Source: Octopus bimaculoides
Lineage: Eukaryota
Length of the DNA: 53,449 bases
NCBI RefSeq assembly: GCF_001194135.2
Contig: NC_068982.1
Location: forward strand, 120,615,469 to 120,668,917
Reading direction: 5' to 3'
The translations under genes were made by a program, and so were the position numbers. Under the pieces are notes generated by a model. It had not been told where the DNA came from. It worked only from the letters and a program-made list of their open reading frames with translations, and searched no databases. This document shows positions 1 to 11,344 of this stretch, one piece after another (the stretch's first letter is position 1; every line of letters begins with the position of its first letter).

Positions 1-42
<42 letters not shown>
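1..42. repeat. (TG)n microsatellite
   Basis: Perfect TG dinucleotide run at the window start. Confidence 0.95.
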
Positions 43-46
<4 letters not shown>

Positions 47-129
47 CATGCATTTTTTTCTCTCTTTTTTTCAGTCATGTAACTGCAGCCTTGCTAGGGC
101 ATCACCTACACGAAAATAATCTGGTGAAA

Positions 130-340
130 ATTTCAAATACTTCAAGTGCTTGGAATGATTTTTAACAAGATCAGTTTTATCTTCTACCCAAAGAAGCAGT
201 ACTTTTTCCATTGTTTCCATAATGACACCACATTTGAATCTGATATGTGGCTCTGATATTTTTCTTTGTTTCTTTTCAATTGTTCTAACAGTTGTTTCAT
301 TCCCATTAAACTGTTTTAACAGTTTCTGCTGAACCGTTTC
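130..340 (-). mobile_element. Tigger/pogo-family transposase N-terminal (CENP-B-type HTH) fragment
   Basis: ORF 71..418(-) reads FNGNETTVRTIEKKQRKI...METMEKVLLLWVEDKT, resembling the Tigger1-type MEKVLVVWIEDQ segment and the NESTVRTI motif. No DDE core follows. Confidence 0.6.
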
Positions 341-623
341 CATTTTGAAGTTGATTTGATGCAAATTTTCTCTATAACGAATATCGATTTTGTAGACATT
401 TGAAATTCTTTTATACAAAATCGAAAATATATATTTTTTTAAAGAATAGTATAAAATAATTCTGACTCATGCATTAATTTTAGTCTACCGTATTAGTAAA
501 ATAAAAGGGAATTTAAAACGGGAATGGAAACAAAGTCAAATTTCTGAAAATGTTACGTCTAAACCAATATTATGCCTAAGTGAAATCATGAAAACCAGGA
601 GTCATTTAGATTGGGGGACAGGT

Positions 624-855
624 ATAAACACACACACACACTCATACACATACGCACATATACGGAGAAAGAGAGAGAGAGAGAGAGGGATTGTATGTGT
701 GTATGTGTGTGTGTATGTGATGGTGGGAGAGAAGAGACAGAAAAAGTAAAGAAATTTATAGATATGCTCTACATATTTTGGTATGTGTGTGCATGCGTGT
801 ACATATATATATGTGCGTGTGTATATGTAAATGTATCTATCTATCTATCTATCTA

Positions 856-888
<33 letters not shown>

Positions 889-890
889 TG
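624..890. repeat. Compound microsatellite cluster (CA, GA, TG, CTAT, TA)
   Basis: Adjacent simple-repeat runs; they generate ORFs 611..898 and 831..1043. Confidence 0.9.
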
Positions 891-1198
891 GAAAGTAGGC
901 TTTACGGTGCGGTAATGTTACTTACATATTTGTTGCTCAGAGATTTAAAACTAGTTATTTTTTTCTTTTCGAGATCAGCGACTGTGTGTCGCTTTAAAAG
1001 AATATACTGTGATCAAGAGCAGGTGGCTATCACTAGCAGGTGATTGTCCTGCATCGACGAAGGGAAATTACCCAGAAACCATTGGTTTACAGGTATCTCT
1101 ACGGCTAGAAAAGAGTAGTAGACTCTCTTGCTCACAGTATACGGACTTTACAATACAACTATCTATCTATCTATCTTTCTATATATATATATATAAAG

Positions 1199-1233
<35 letters not shown>

Positions 1234-1339
1234 AACAGACAGACAAATTGACCGGCAGCCAGGCAAGTAGAGACAGAAGGAAAATGAGATTAGGCATACT
1301 ATATTTATATATACTAAATATAATTAAATGTCATGTAAT

Positions 1340-1554
1340 GGTTTCAAATTTTGGCCAAACGTTAGGAATTTGGGGGTAGAGGATAACTCGATTACATAGG
1401 CTCCTGTGCTCAACTGGTATTTATTTTATTGACCTCCAAAAGATGAAAAGCAAAGTCGACCACGGCAGAAGTTGAACTCAGAACGTAAAGACGGACGAAT
1501 TGCCGCTAAACATTTTGCCCGGCGTGCTAACGTTTCTGACTGCTCGCCACCTTA
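1340..1554 (-). mobile_element. tRNA-derived SINE, family 1
   Basis: Reverse complement begins taaggtggcgagcagtcagaaacgttagcacgccgggc (A-box-like) and contains gagttcaac (B-box-like). Homologous to copies at 16452, 18722, 23795, 52360, 52612 and 52924. Confidence 0.85.
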
Positions 1555-1869
1555 GAGATGTTATATAAAACAAACACACGAGACAGAAAATATGCAGTTC
1601 TACCTTTTTTTCCTTTTATTTTTTTATAACTAAGTCAGAGGAGAAAAAATAATGTTCCTAAGCATTTTTAAGACCTCCATCACTGCTGGATGGAAAGATG
1701 GAAGTTATCATCGTACTAGAGGCCTATCAAATGTTTACATTATACTTGATTACACTAAAGACCAGATTTTGGTGCTAAACCGGGTGGTGAATTTAGTTTA
1801 CTAGTCAAGAACATGAACTATCCTTTCCACTTTGTTTCCATTTATTAAATTTCACTCAAATGGTGCTGG

Positions 1870-1977
1870 TCTACTGGGGGGCTATGTTAAAAGGCACTTG
1901 TCCCAAGATGCTGTGCAAAGGGATCAAGCTTGAAGTCATGTTGTTGCGAAGCAAAACTTCTTAACCTCGCAGCTATG
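1870..1977 (-). mobile_element. tRNA-derived SINE, family 2, degenerate 5' fragment
   Basis: Reverse complement gctgcgaggttaagaagttttgcttcgcaacaacatg...cttgggacaagtgccttttaacatagcc matches the head of the copy at 12047. Confidence 0.6.
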
Positions 1978-2223
1978 CGAGTGGAATACAACCATATAGT
2001 CCTGCTTGATAGACAAGGCTTCCAAATCTCTTTCAAATCACAACTTGGCGATTGTAGCCATAAATATGACACACAGACACACAAATAAACACACACACTC
2101 ATGCACACACGCACACCCTCGCGGACAGAGACTATTAATGCTCTCTGCATATAAACTTTCAAGACATTTTCGTGCATTTTTCAATATTATTCAATGTTTT
2201 CTCAATCTGTGAGTCTGTCTAAC

Positions 2224-2277
<54 letters not shown>

Positions 2278-4383
2278 GTATGTGGTTATGCTTGTTTTTG
2301 TTTGCATATGGGCCTATTGCATCTTTAGCAAAATGATTTCTGATGACGTTGTTTAGCCCCTCCTTTAAGTAGACTTATGGTCGAAAAGGATTCATCCAGA
2401 ACCAACATGCCTTCTCAAGGTGTCATGAATACTATAAGAAGTGTTCGTCCTATTTCAAGGTTTCAGGTGTGATTTAAGGGAGACTTTGCTGCTATTTCCA
2501 GTATATAAATTGACAATCCCTTCGTTGACCCATGTTTTTTGATGCGGTAACTTGGTAAATGGAAATTAAGTCAAAAGCTTATCAAAGAAAAGTGTCTGGA
2601 AAATGTCACATTAATTGAAATATCGTAAATAAGATTTAAAGAAAATCGCTTGCACAATAACAACACAATTCATATAATGACATTACATGTATATGTTTTA
2701 CACAATATCTTAAGTATCACAATAAAACAAAAAAAAAACTCATTAAATCATTCAAAAGTCAGTGACATTTCTCATATAACACTTTTTCGAGGATATATTA
2801 ATGTCCATGAGATTTATAGGTTATGAGACTCAAGATCTCATAACCTTCTGACTAACAATGAAATATACGAAAACACATCCAAGCACACATACAATCGTAC
2901 ACACACACACACATCCACACAGACATATNNNNNNNNNNNNNNNNNNNNNNNNNNNNNNNNNNNNNNNNNNNNNNNNNNNNNNNNNNNNNNNNNNNNNNNN
3001 NNNNNNNNNNNNNNNNNNNNNNNNNNNNGTTCTTCGATCACCGTTTGTTATCTCCCCCTTTTCTTAGCTCTCCTGAATTAAGAATTTCTAACTTCCGGTC
3101 AGCCATTATTATTCTGGTAAGAATAAAATTTCTAAAATGTAAAAAGAAATTCAGATTGCTTTAGACCAATGGTAGAAATCGTGTCATGTTTATAGAAGAT
3201 GCAGGTTCGAATTCTACGGGTATCCTTTGACTTTTTCCATAAAATGTGTGTTCAACATAATATTTTTACTCTAATATTTAGAGCTTTATTTACTTCAAGA
3301 TCCACCATTTCAAAAAAAGAATTATTTCTTGTTATATTCGTGTATCTCGTAGTACAAGAAATGTGTTTGTGAGTTTGAAATTTTCTTTTATGGTAGAATC
3401 TAATTAATTTTCCTTCAGTGGTTAAGCTTGTTTGGAAATGCATGAAAGTCACAACAACCGGTTTCACAACTCATTTAAAATAATCTAAAATAACAAACCA
3501 GATAAACGAAAATTAATATTACACTGTTTCTGAAATAGTGGTCCACATGCATACATGAATATACATAGAAACGCAAATATATATTCACACACATATATTT
3601 TTACATATACACAAATACACTAGCTGACTCACAGGCGTACACGTACACACGCACACGTACACACACACACACACACACACACACAGTGGTCAATATAATC
3701 GTTTAAATTTCTACATCTACAGTTCAATGACAAATAGTATTAAAAGAATATATGTATTTGTGTGTGTGCGTGTGTGTGTGTGTGTGCGTGTGTGTGTGTG
3801 TGCGTGCGTGTGTGCGTGTGTGTGTGTGCGTGTGTGTGTGTCTATAGAGAAATATTCGTGTTTATTGACTAGTTTTATATTGATTCTTTTTAATTGAATG
3901 CGAATTAGTAGGATGGGTGGATTGAACCGAAGTGAGTAAGCTTGTGAGATATGCGCTTTCTGACCAGGACTATGCAAAATTTTATGGATCTAGCAACAAT
4001 TTAGCACAAAGCAAATTAACAGACTGTAAATTTGCATTAACAAAAGGCCTTATTTGAAATGCTCAAATGCATGTAAGTAACATGCACCCAATTTATGTGT
4101 ATGTACGGATGTAATCTGCATCAGTAATAGTCTTCTCTTATAATTCTTCCTAATCTCTCTACCATGTCGTCAACTTTGTTGTTATTTTACTCATACTCTT
4201 ACTTATGGTTTTCCATCAAGTGACAACCTCCTTCATTTGTTGATCCGAGGATGCCTATACATTCCACATCTCGCAGCCATACTGCAGAGTGAAAATGCCC
4301 GATAGACAAGAACCTGAGATGGTTGATTAGAAAGACTTACTTTCTGAGTCTTGAAAAAGATATATATATATGTCTTTTTTTTT

Positions 4384-4631
4384 GCGCCCTTTTAAAGCCT
4401 AACCAGGTTCATGGGCCCGGTTTCCCGGTTTCTATGGCGTATGTGTTCCCCAGCTGGACGGGACGCCAGTCCATCGCAGCATTACTCATTTTTTGCCAGC
4501 TGAGTGGACTGGAGCAACGTGAAATAAAGTGTCTTGCTCAAGAACACAACGCATCGCCCGGTCCAGGAATCGAAACCACAATCTTACGATCATGGTGCTG
4601 ACACCCTAGCCACTAAGCCACACGCCTCCAC
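4384..4631 (-). mobile_element. tRNA-derived SINE, family 3, with poly(A) tail
   Basis: Reverse complement head ggaggcgtgtggcttagtggctaggg (A box) and ggtttcgattcc (B box); body cttgagcaagacactttatttcacgttgctccagtccactcagctgg. T-run tail on plus strand; atatatatatgt on both flanks. Confidence 0.85.
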
Positions 4632-4655
4632 AAATATATATATGTGCGCGCGCGC

Positions 4656-4696
<41 letters not shown>

Positions 4697-5199
4697 TGNN
4701 NNNNNNNNNNNNNNNNNNNNNNNNNNNNNNNNNNNNNNNNNNNNNNNNNNNNNNNNNNNNNNNNNNNNNNNNNNNNNNNNNNNNNNNNNNNNNNNNNNNN
4801 NGTGTGTGTGTGTGTGTGTGTGTGTGTGAGCTGTATTGAAGCCCTCCATCCTGAGTGCAGACGTTGTAAATTGTGAGTTCGCGACTGGTTGTTGCTCTGA
4901 GAAATTAGGGAAGAAGGGCGGTGAAGTGCGTCATTAGACATCAAGCTTATTTTTCTAAATTGTAATTGCTACTGAGTTAATAAAACGTAATGTTAGCAAA
5001 CATACCACAATTGTCGGGGTACTATAGCTGAAGGATCCTTCTGCGTAAAACTGTGGTCACAGAAAAGCGGAAGTCAAGGCCCTGGAATGTAGCTTGCCTA
5101 ACAATTTTACACAAAAGCGTTCACGAACCGTAACCTACAATCTTCTTTCAAGAATTGGCGGAATATGATTATGGATGAGGGCGGACATCCAAACTGTCT

Positions 5200-5340
5200 G
5201 AGTGCAGTACTTACCCTGTCAAATGCCTCTAACAAATCCACAAATGTATTTACTGAGTCTCGACGCTACACCTTGCATTTTTCCTGCATCATTTCTTCTC
5301 TAGATCTTGCTTCCTATCCTTTATTAAAAGGAACATCCTG
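5200..5340 (-). mobile_element. RTE-type LINE reverse-transcriptase fragment
   Basis: Minus translation MMQEKCKV*RRDSVNTFVDLLEAFDRV matches the RT motif QEKC...FVDLEKAFDRV. Confidence 0.55.
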
Positions 5341-5389
5341 TTTAATATGGCAAGACGTAGATGTTCAGTAATTACGGACAGAAACAGAC

Positions 5390-5700
5390 GAGAAAAACGA
5401 CTCATAAAACTAAAAATATTCAGTTAGAAGCAAAAATACTTAAAGAGCTTAGTAAATAAAGCAATAACTAAAACAAGAGATCTCTTAATAGAAGAAACTC
5501 TTTCAATGAGGACAAAGACAAATTTTCCATCTGTAGTCACCTATAATCCTAGAAACCATAACATTTTACATTCGGCCAAACGGTAGCTCCCAATCTTATA
5601 AAATTCACCAAATCTCAGAAAGATAATTAAAGAATCACAAATTATCGTCCGTCGAAGACCACCATCAAAATCTTAAGAGAATTAATTTTTATTTGCAGAT
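5390..5700 (+). mobile_element. Penelope-like element, RT C-terminal/linker relic
   Basis: Translation LVNKAITKTRDLLIEET...FPSVVTYNPRNHNIL...IIVRRRHHQNLKR resembles the PLE post-RT segment (P-x-V-x-TYNP ... R-x-P-x-NL-x-R). In-frame stops present. Confidence 0.55.
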
Positions 5701-6128
5701 AAATCGCCTTTCTTGAAATTTAAAATTCTATTATTCAATCTCGAATACATGCAACAAAATATTTAATAATTTCTTTAAAAAAAAAAAAGCTCTAAATTAA
5801 GCATTAATTTTAAATGTGGACTAATTCAATATCGAAGAAGGAGGAAAATGGAAGACCGAAACGGAAGCAACGATGTTGTCTTCCTATATTAGCAAAGTCT
5901 CGCCCAACTTGATACAGATACACATTATCGTTTATTGAAATGTCTACAGCAAATAACTTTTATGCATGATTCTGAAGAATCGATCTTCGATTTTCTGTCT
6001 ATGATACCTCATGTAAGAAAGATAGCATATATTATTGCATAATATAGCAATCCTCATGAGGTCGATTTTCGATGAAACAATTGTAAATCAATGACATAAA
6101 AGGAATTGCTCACTCCATTCTCCTTGCT

Positions 6129-6164
<36 letters not shown>

Positions 6165-6405
6165 NNNNNNNNNNNNNNNNNNNNNNNNNNNNNNNNNNNN
6201 NNNNNNNNNNNNNNNNNNNNNNNNNNNNNNNNNNNNNNNNNNNNNNNNNNNNNNNNNNNNNNNNNNNNNNNNNNNNNNNNNNNNNNNNNNNNNNNNNNNN
6301 NNNNNNNNNNNNNNNNNNNNNNNNNNNNNNNNNNNNNNNNNNNNNNNNNNNNNNNNNNNNNNNNNNNNNNNNNNNNNNNNNNNNNNNNNNNNNNNNNNNN
6401 NNNNN

Positions 6406-6439
<34 letters not shown>

Positions 6440-7016
6440 GCGTGTGTGTGTAGCGACACTATATTAAATGATGAGAGAGAGAGAGAGCAGTAATTCGTTC
6501 AGGGAGGAATGGAAGGTGATAAATAGATCGTCGTTGGTATACAAAATGAGTTAATAGGAACAAAACTGAGCTCTGGTTGAGAGAGAGAGAGATGGGTGTA
6601 GCTAACAGAGTGGAGTCATTATGTGATGCGATCTATGCCAAGCCTAAAAGTGTCTAGTGATCCGTCATGGCAACCTGGAATATATAACAGCAAAAAATGT
6701 ATCTCAAAGAGCGGAAATTCGCCCCAAGAGTACAAAACGCTTCATCTTCAATCAGTTATGAACTACATTGGAATATCGGCCATATATTTGGGATATTACT
6801 GTTATTCCTCATTGGAAATGACAGCACTGTTTTTTTATGACAACCTGATTAGCAAGTACTCGCTGTTTAATATGCTACAAACACTGGCCTGCAGAAGAGC
6901 ACTTCCCCACTTGGTTTTTTGACTTCCTCTCTGCCACTTCTGCTGCTACTACAACACGATCCTTTCCTCTGACATCTAAATACGCCTGGATTTTGATGTA
7001 CCCTATATACCTACAT

Positions 7017-7397
7017 GGAGGCGCAATGGCCCAGTGGTTAGGGCAGCGGACTCGCGGTCATAGGGTCGCGGTTTCGATTCCCAGACCGGGCGTTGTGAGT
7101 GTTTATTGAGCGAAAACACCTAAAGCTCCACGAGGCTCCGGCAGGGGGTGGTGGTGATCCCTGCTGTACTCTTTCACCACAACTTTCTCTCATTCTTACT
7201 TCTTGTTTCTGTTGCACCTGTATTTCAAAGGACCAGCCTTGTCACACTGTGTCACGCTGAATATCACCGAGAACTACGTTAAGGGTACACGTGTCTGTAG
7301 AGTGCCCAGTCACTTGCACGTTAATTTCACGAGCAGGCTGTTCCGTTGATCGGATCAACTGGAACACTCGACGTCGTAAGCGACGGAGTGCCAACAA
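7017..7397 (+). mobile_element. Full-length tRNA-derived SINE with 13-bp target-site duplication
   Basis: A box tggcccagtgg, B box ggtttcgattccc, tail ...gacggagtgccaacaa. Exact TSD tatatacctacat at 7004-7016 and 7398-7410. Confidence 0.9.
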
Positions 7398-8430
7398 TAT
7401 ATACCTACATTTCTTCTCTTCGTTTCTACCATTAGGATGAGTCTCATTCTCCAGCTCCCAAAGCGAATATTTTTCCCGTTCTTCTACTCCACAATCCCAG
7501 CTATCGATATACTCCCCCCCTCTCTCTCTCTCCCTATTTATCTGACTACCTGTTTATCTATATCATGCCAGATTTATCTTGTTAGATTGATGTTTTCCAG
7601 CCTTAGGTTGTTCCCGATTAAGAAAACCTATGATCAAAGGCGTTTAAGCTGTATCTACTTCGTCTTTTCTTTTCAGGATAAAGTATCTAGAAAGCCATTA
7701 TCCTTTTCCAACGCTGTAGGATCTGACTAGTAGCTCGAATAACGATGAATTCTACATATATACTACGTCGATCTCACCACATCGCGAGGAGAATATATTT
7801 GCCATATTTATATGACTAATTTTGTAAAATGAAATATTTAAAAATAAAAACAATCAGTTTAAAATTCAATGATATCATTGTACAGGATAAATGTTTAATG
7901 TGAAACAATAAAAACATGTTTGTTAATTGATCTCAAGTTGGGTACTTTGATGTAGAAAACAATGTATTCAGTAGTAATATGTGCTATTGATGAAACAGAA
8001 CAAAAAACTTATTACAATGAATGTCATTGTGTTATCTGGTAAACCCCTTCTAATGCTTACCTGTCCATCGTTAGATGGCTTTTATTCACGTTAATATTTA
8101 CACTTATCTTATCCTGTTATGGTTAATTAATTCATCCGAATAATGACAACTACCGTGATGTTTGACTTCCGGTGAGCTTGGAGAGCGATACGGTTTCTAT
8201 TACTAGTTGTAATCGTTCCACTCCAGTGAAGATGCTAATATTTATGAAAAGGACATGGACCATCACACTATCTTATTTCCTTTCACTAATAATGTAAGGA
8301 ATCAATTTAGCATTTTGTGTGTGTGTGTGTGTGTGTGTGCGTGCGTGCATGTGATTCATGTATGTATGCATGCATTCTTGTGTATATACATGTATATACA
8401 TGTATGTGCATATGTATGCATATATATATA

Positions 8431-10016
8431 CAGTGGGAGAAATAGATATTCGTACATGTCAAAATTTTTTATCTATTTAATTTCTAATGAATATAAATGG
8501 GATATACCAATACTATATTTGCATACACATGCATAAACTAAGAATATGCAAAAGAAACTAATAAATTATAGTAACCAATGAATTTATATACAAATATATA
8601 TATTTAGGGTGAAAAAAGTATTCGTGCAGAATAAATTTATGAGTTTCTATGCTACAAAATACTGTTAAAATAATATTTCTTTTTCCTAGAACTTTCTTGT
8701 TTGTTCCAATAATCTTATCAGTAGTCATTTTTAAGTGTCAAAACGCTAGCTTCTTCATTCAGCACTGAAACAACATAAAGTAGTGTCATAGTAATGGCGA
8801 AAAGTAAAGAACTCACAAATTCAGTGAAAAACTTAATTATTGAACAGTGGAAAGCAGGTAAAAGTTACAGGAAAATATCAGAGACCCTTTGTATTCCATT
8901 TTCTACCATATCTTCATTTATTCAAAGATATTAAAAAAAATCGGGAACTGTTGAAAACAGAATAAGATCCGGTGCACTACGCAAGATTTCCCCTAGATCT
9001 TTAAGAAAAATTAAGTGAAGTATCGAAAAAAACGCAATGATCACCAGAAAGAAGTTGCAAGATTTATTAGCTTCAGGGACTAGTGTTACACTATGAACAA
9101 TCAGCAATGAACTCCACTGTTGACTAAAAGGCATAGAGATGCCCGTTTAAAATTTGTTTATGAACATAAAGATAAATCTGATACATTCTGGGAAAATGTT
9201 CTATGGACAGACGAGACGGAAATTGAATTGTTTGAATGATTCGTGTAGCCATACTTGGAGGAAAGATGGTGCTACCTATTTGCTGAAAAACACAATTCCT
9301 ACTGTAAAGTTTGGAGGTGGCAACATCATTGTGTAGGGGTGTTACTCTGAAAATGGCACTGGAAATTTACATGTGATAGAAGGTAGAATGAATGCAGAGA
9401 TGTACCAAAATATTTTGAACAATAATTTATGGGACTCTGTAAAATAGTTTCAGCTTTGTGAAGGGTGGGTTTTATAACAGGATAACGACTCTAAGCACAC
9501 GGCGAAGTCTACCAAAAAATGGATTGTCAATCACAATATAAAATTATTAGAATGGCCAAGCCAGTCACCTGACTTGAACCCCATTGAAAATTTGTGGCGT
9601 TACTTGAAAATTAAAATTCATTCAAGAGCCCCAACGTGCTTTCCTGATTTGAAGAAAATTTGTCAAGAAGAATGGGAAAAAATTCCTAAAGAAACATGCG
9701 AGTCATTGATTAAGAACTACAAGAAGAGATTGGTTGAAGTGGAACTGAATAATGGTTATGCTACAAAGTATTAAATCAGAATTATCAGTTATTTATGTTC
9801 TGTACGAATACTTTTTTCACCCCTAAATATTTATAATTGTATATAAATTCATTAGTTACTATAATTTATTAGTTTCTTTTGCATATTCTTAGTTTATGCA
9901 TGTGTATGCAAATATAGTATTGGTATATCCCATTTATGTTCATTAGAAATTAAATAAATAAAAAATTTTTACATGTACGAANNNNNNNNNNAATATTTGT
10001 CCCCCCCCCCCTACTG
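8431..10016 (+). mobile_element. Full-length Tc1 (DD34E) DNA transposon with ~200-bp IR/DR terminal inverted repeats
   Basis: TA-flanked cagt...actg ends. TIRs 8431-8631 and 9796-10016 are near-identical, each with inner and outer (a/g)tattcgt(a/g)ca direct repeats. A transposase pseudogene lies between them. Confidence 0.95.
8794..9774 (+). pseudogene. Tc1 transposase pseudogene
   Basis: Starts MAKSKELTNSVKNLIIEQWKAGKSYRKIS (paired-like HTH). Motifs TDET, PTVKFGGGNI, QDNDSKH and [11 protein letters not shown] give D-34-E spacing; ends GYATKY. Several stops and frameshifts. Confidence 0.9.
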
Positions 10017-10613
10017 TATATATGGACTGTATCCATGCGCATATGGGTGATGGTACGGATGGCATTGCATATGTAAATCTTATCACATGCTGAACTCCAT
10101 GAATGCTTTACATATTTTGACAGTACCTTCGGCAGTGTGTAGCTGTAGTCTTTTGATTAGGTGTATTTTTTTTCTGGTTTTGTAAAACCCAGTTTCTGAA
10201 GATTGGTACTGAAGCAATCACCAGGTGGCCGAGTTGTTCCAATACTTATTTGCAGAAATCTGAAGCTATTGTCGCGATGAAGTAACTTCATATTTCTCAT
10301 CAGTTTAACATAAATGTTCTCGCCGGTGGAAGTCGCGGCGGACGCCCTTCACTCGCGTCGTCGTTCGTGCCCCCGTGCACATTCACAGGCCGTCGTCTGG
10401 TGACGCACGGTTTCAAAAGAAGCGCCCAGAGTGAAGTGGACACGAACAACACGGCTCCACATCCAAGACACCGTGGAGCAACACGACTTCGGGATCGCCG
10501 TCGCGTAGGTGCACGTAGGCCAACGAACGGTTGACTTGGAACTGGTACGGACTGGAAAATCCGACTGTATATTTAAAACAGCAGTGTGTAGCCGGCTGAG
10601 CAGCATAAACACG

Positions 10614-10644
<31 letters not shown>

Positions 10645-10779
10645 CATATACAAACTATCATTATTATTTCTCTCTAAATTAATACTGCTTCATAACTTTA
10701 TAAAAAACAAATGTACAGCCTACTATTTTAGCAATTATTATTAATAGATTATTTCTAGTTCACTCTTTAAATCTCATCA

Positions 10780-11340
10780 TTGCGGAATTGGCGCTATGGA
10801 ACACCACCATAATTCATCACATCGCCTTGGTAGTACCGAGTAAATAATCTTTAAACTTGAGCTGCTAAGATGAAGCCTTCGATCTCTGCTTTTAGCCCTG
10901 AGCTTCGTAGCCACTGATGGGTGTGCTTCTGCTCAACATCACCTTGTTCACATATTTATCATGCAGTGGTTCCTGCTTCCACCAACCAGCCAAGGAAGCA
11001 AACTTTTTGCAACAGTTTTACTGGGCTCCCTATTCATATTTCCTTTATATTCCCCTTCATGCTTTCTGATACTGTCCCCAAGGGTCCAACAATAATTGGC
11101 ACTACCTTCATCTTCTTCATTTTCCATAGCCGGGCTATTTCGTACATAAGAGGATTGCATACATCTATCTTGTTTGCTTTCCTTCTTGACTACTCGTGGG
11201 TCAAAGGGGCATGCAACATCAACTATGTAGCACATGTGTGCATCTTGTCCACCACCACTAGATCGGGTCTGGTTATGCTCTAGCACCTGATCTGTTTGGA
11301 TTGGGAAACTGTTAAATTGAAGCTTTTGATTTCATACCTT
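10780..11340 (-). mobile_element. R4/Dong-type LINE fragments (restriction-like endonuclease C-terminus plus a post-RT segment)
   Basis: 10985-11340(-): FPIQTDQVLEHN..PDLVVVDK..CYIVDVACPFDPRVVKKE..PIIVGPLG..LLQKVCFLG (PD-(D/E)xK type). 10780-10980(-): THQWLRSSGLK/AEIEGFILAAQ. Frameshifted. Confidence 0.8.
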
Positions 11341-11344
11341 GAGT

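Noticed and set aside
3157-3225. tRNA-like A/B box spacing (gaccaatggtag...ggttcgaattc)
   Set aside because: No cloverleaf can be folded; at most a decayed SINE head.
5205-5220. Strong minus-strand donor CAGG|GTAAGT
   Set aside because: It is the AFDRV codons of an RTE RT fragment.
6600-7500. Possible CR1/L2 3' relic on the minus strand around the 7017 SINE; ORF 6623..6922
   Set aside because: Only faint motif resemblance (ETKRRNVG versus EERR.RGD); too degenerate to support, and the plus ORF has no recognisable similarity.
10440-10530. alpha/beta-hydrolase-like LAYVHLRDGDPEVVLLHG motif
   Set aside because: A short motif only; continuation needs a frameshift and no nucleophile-elbow motif follows. 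Noted as an alternative to the cystine-knot reading.
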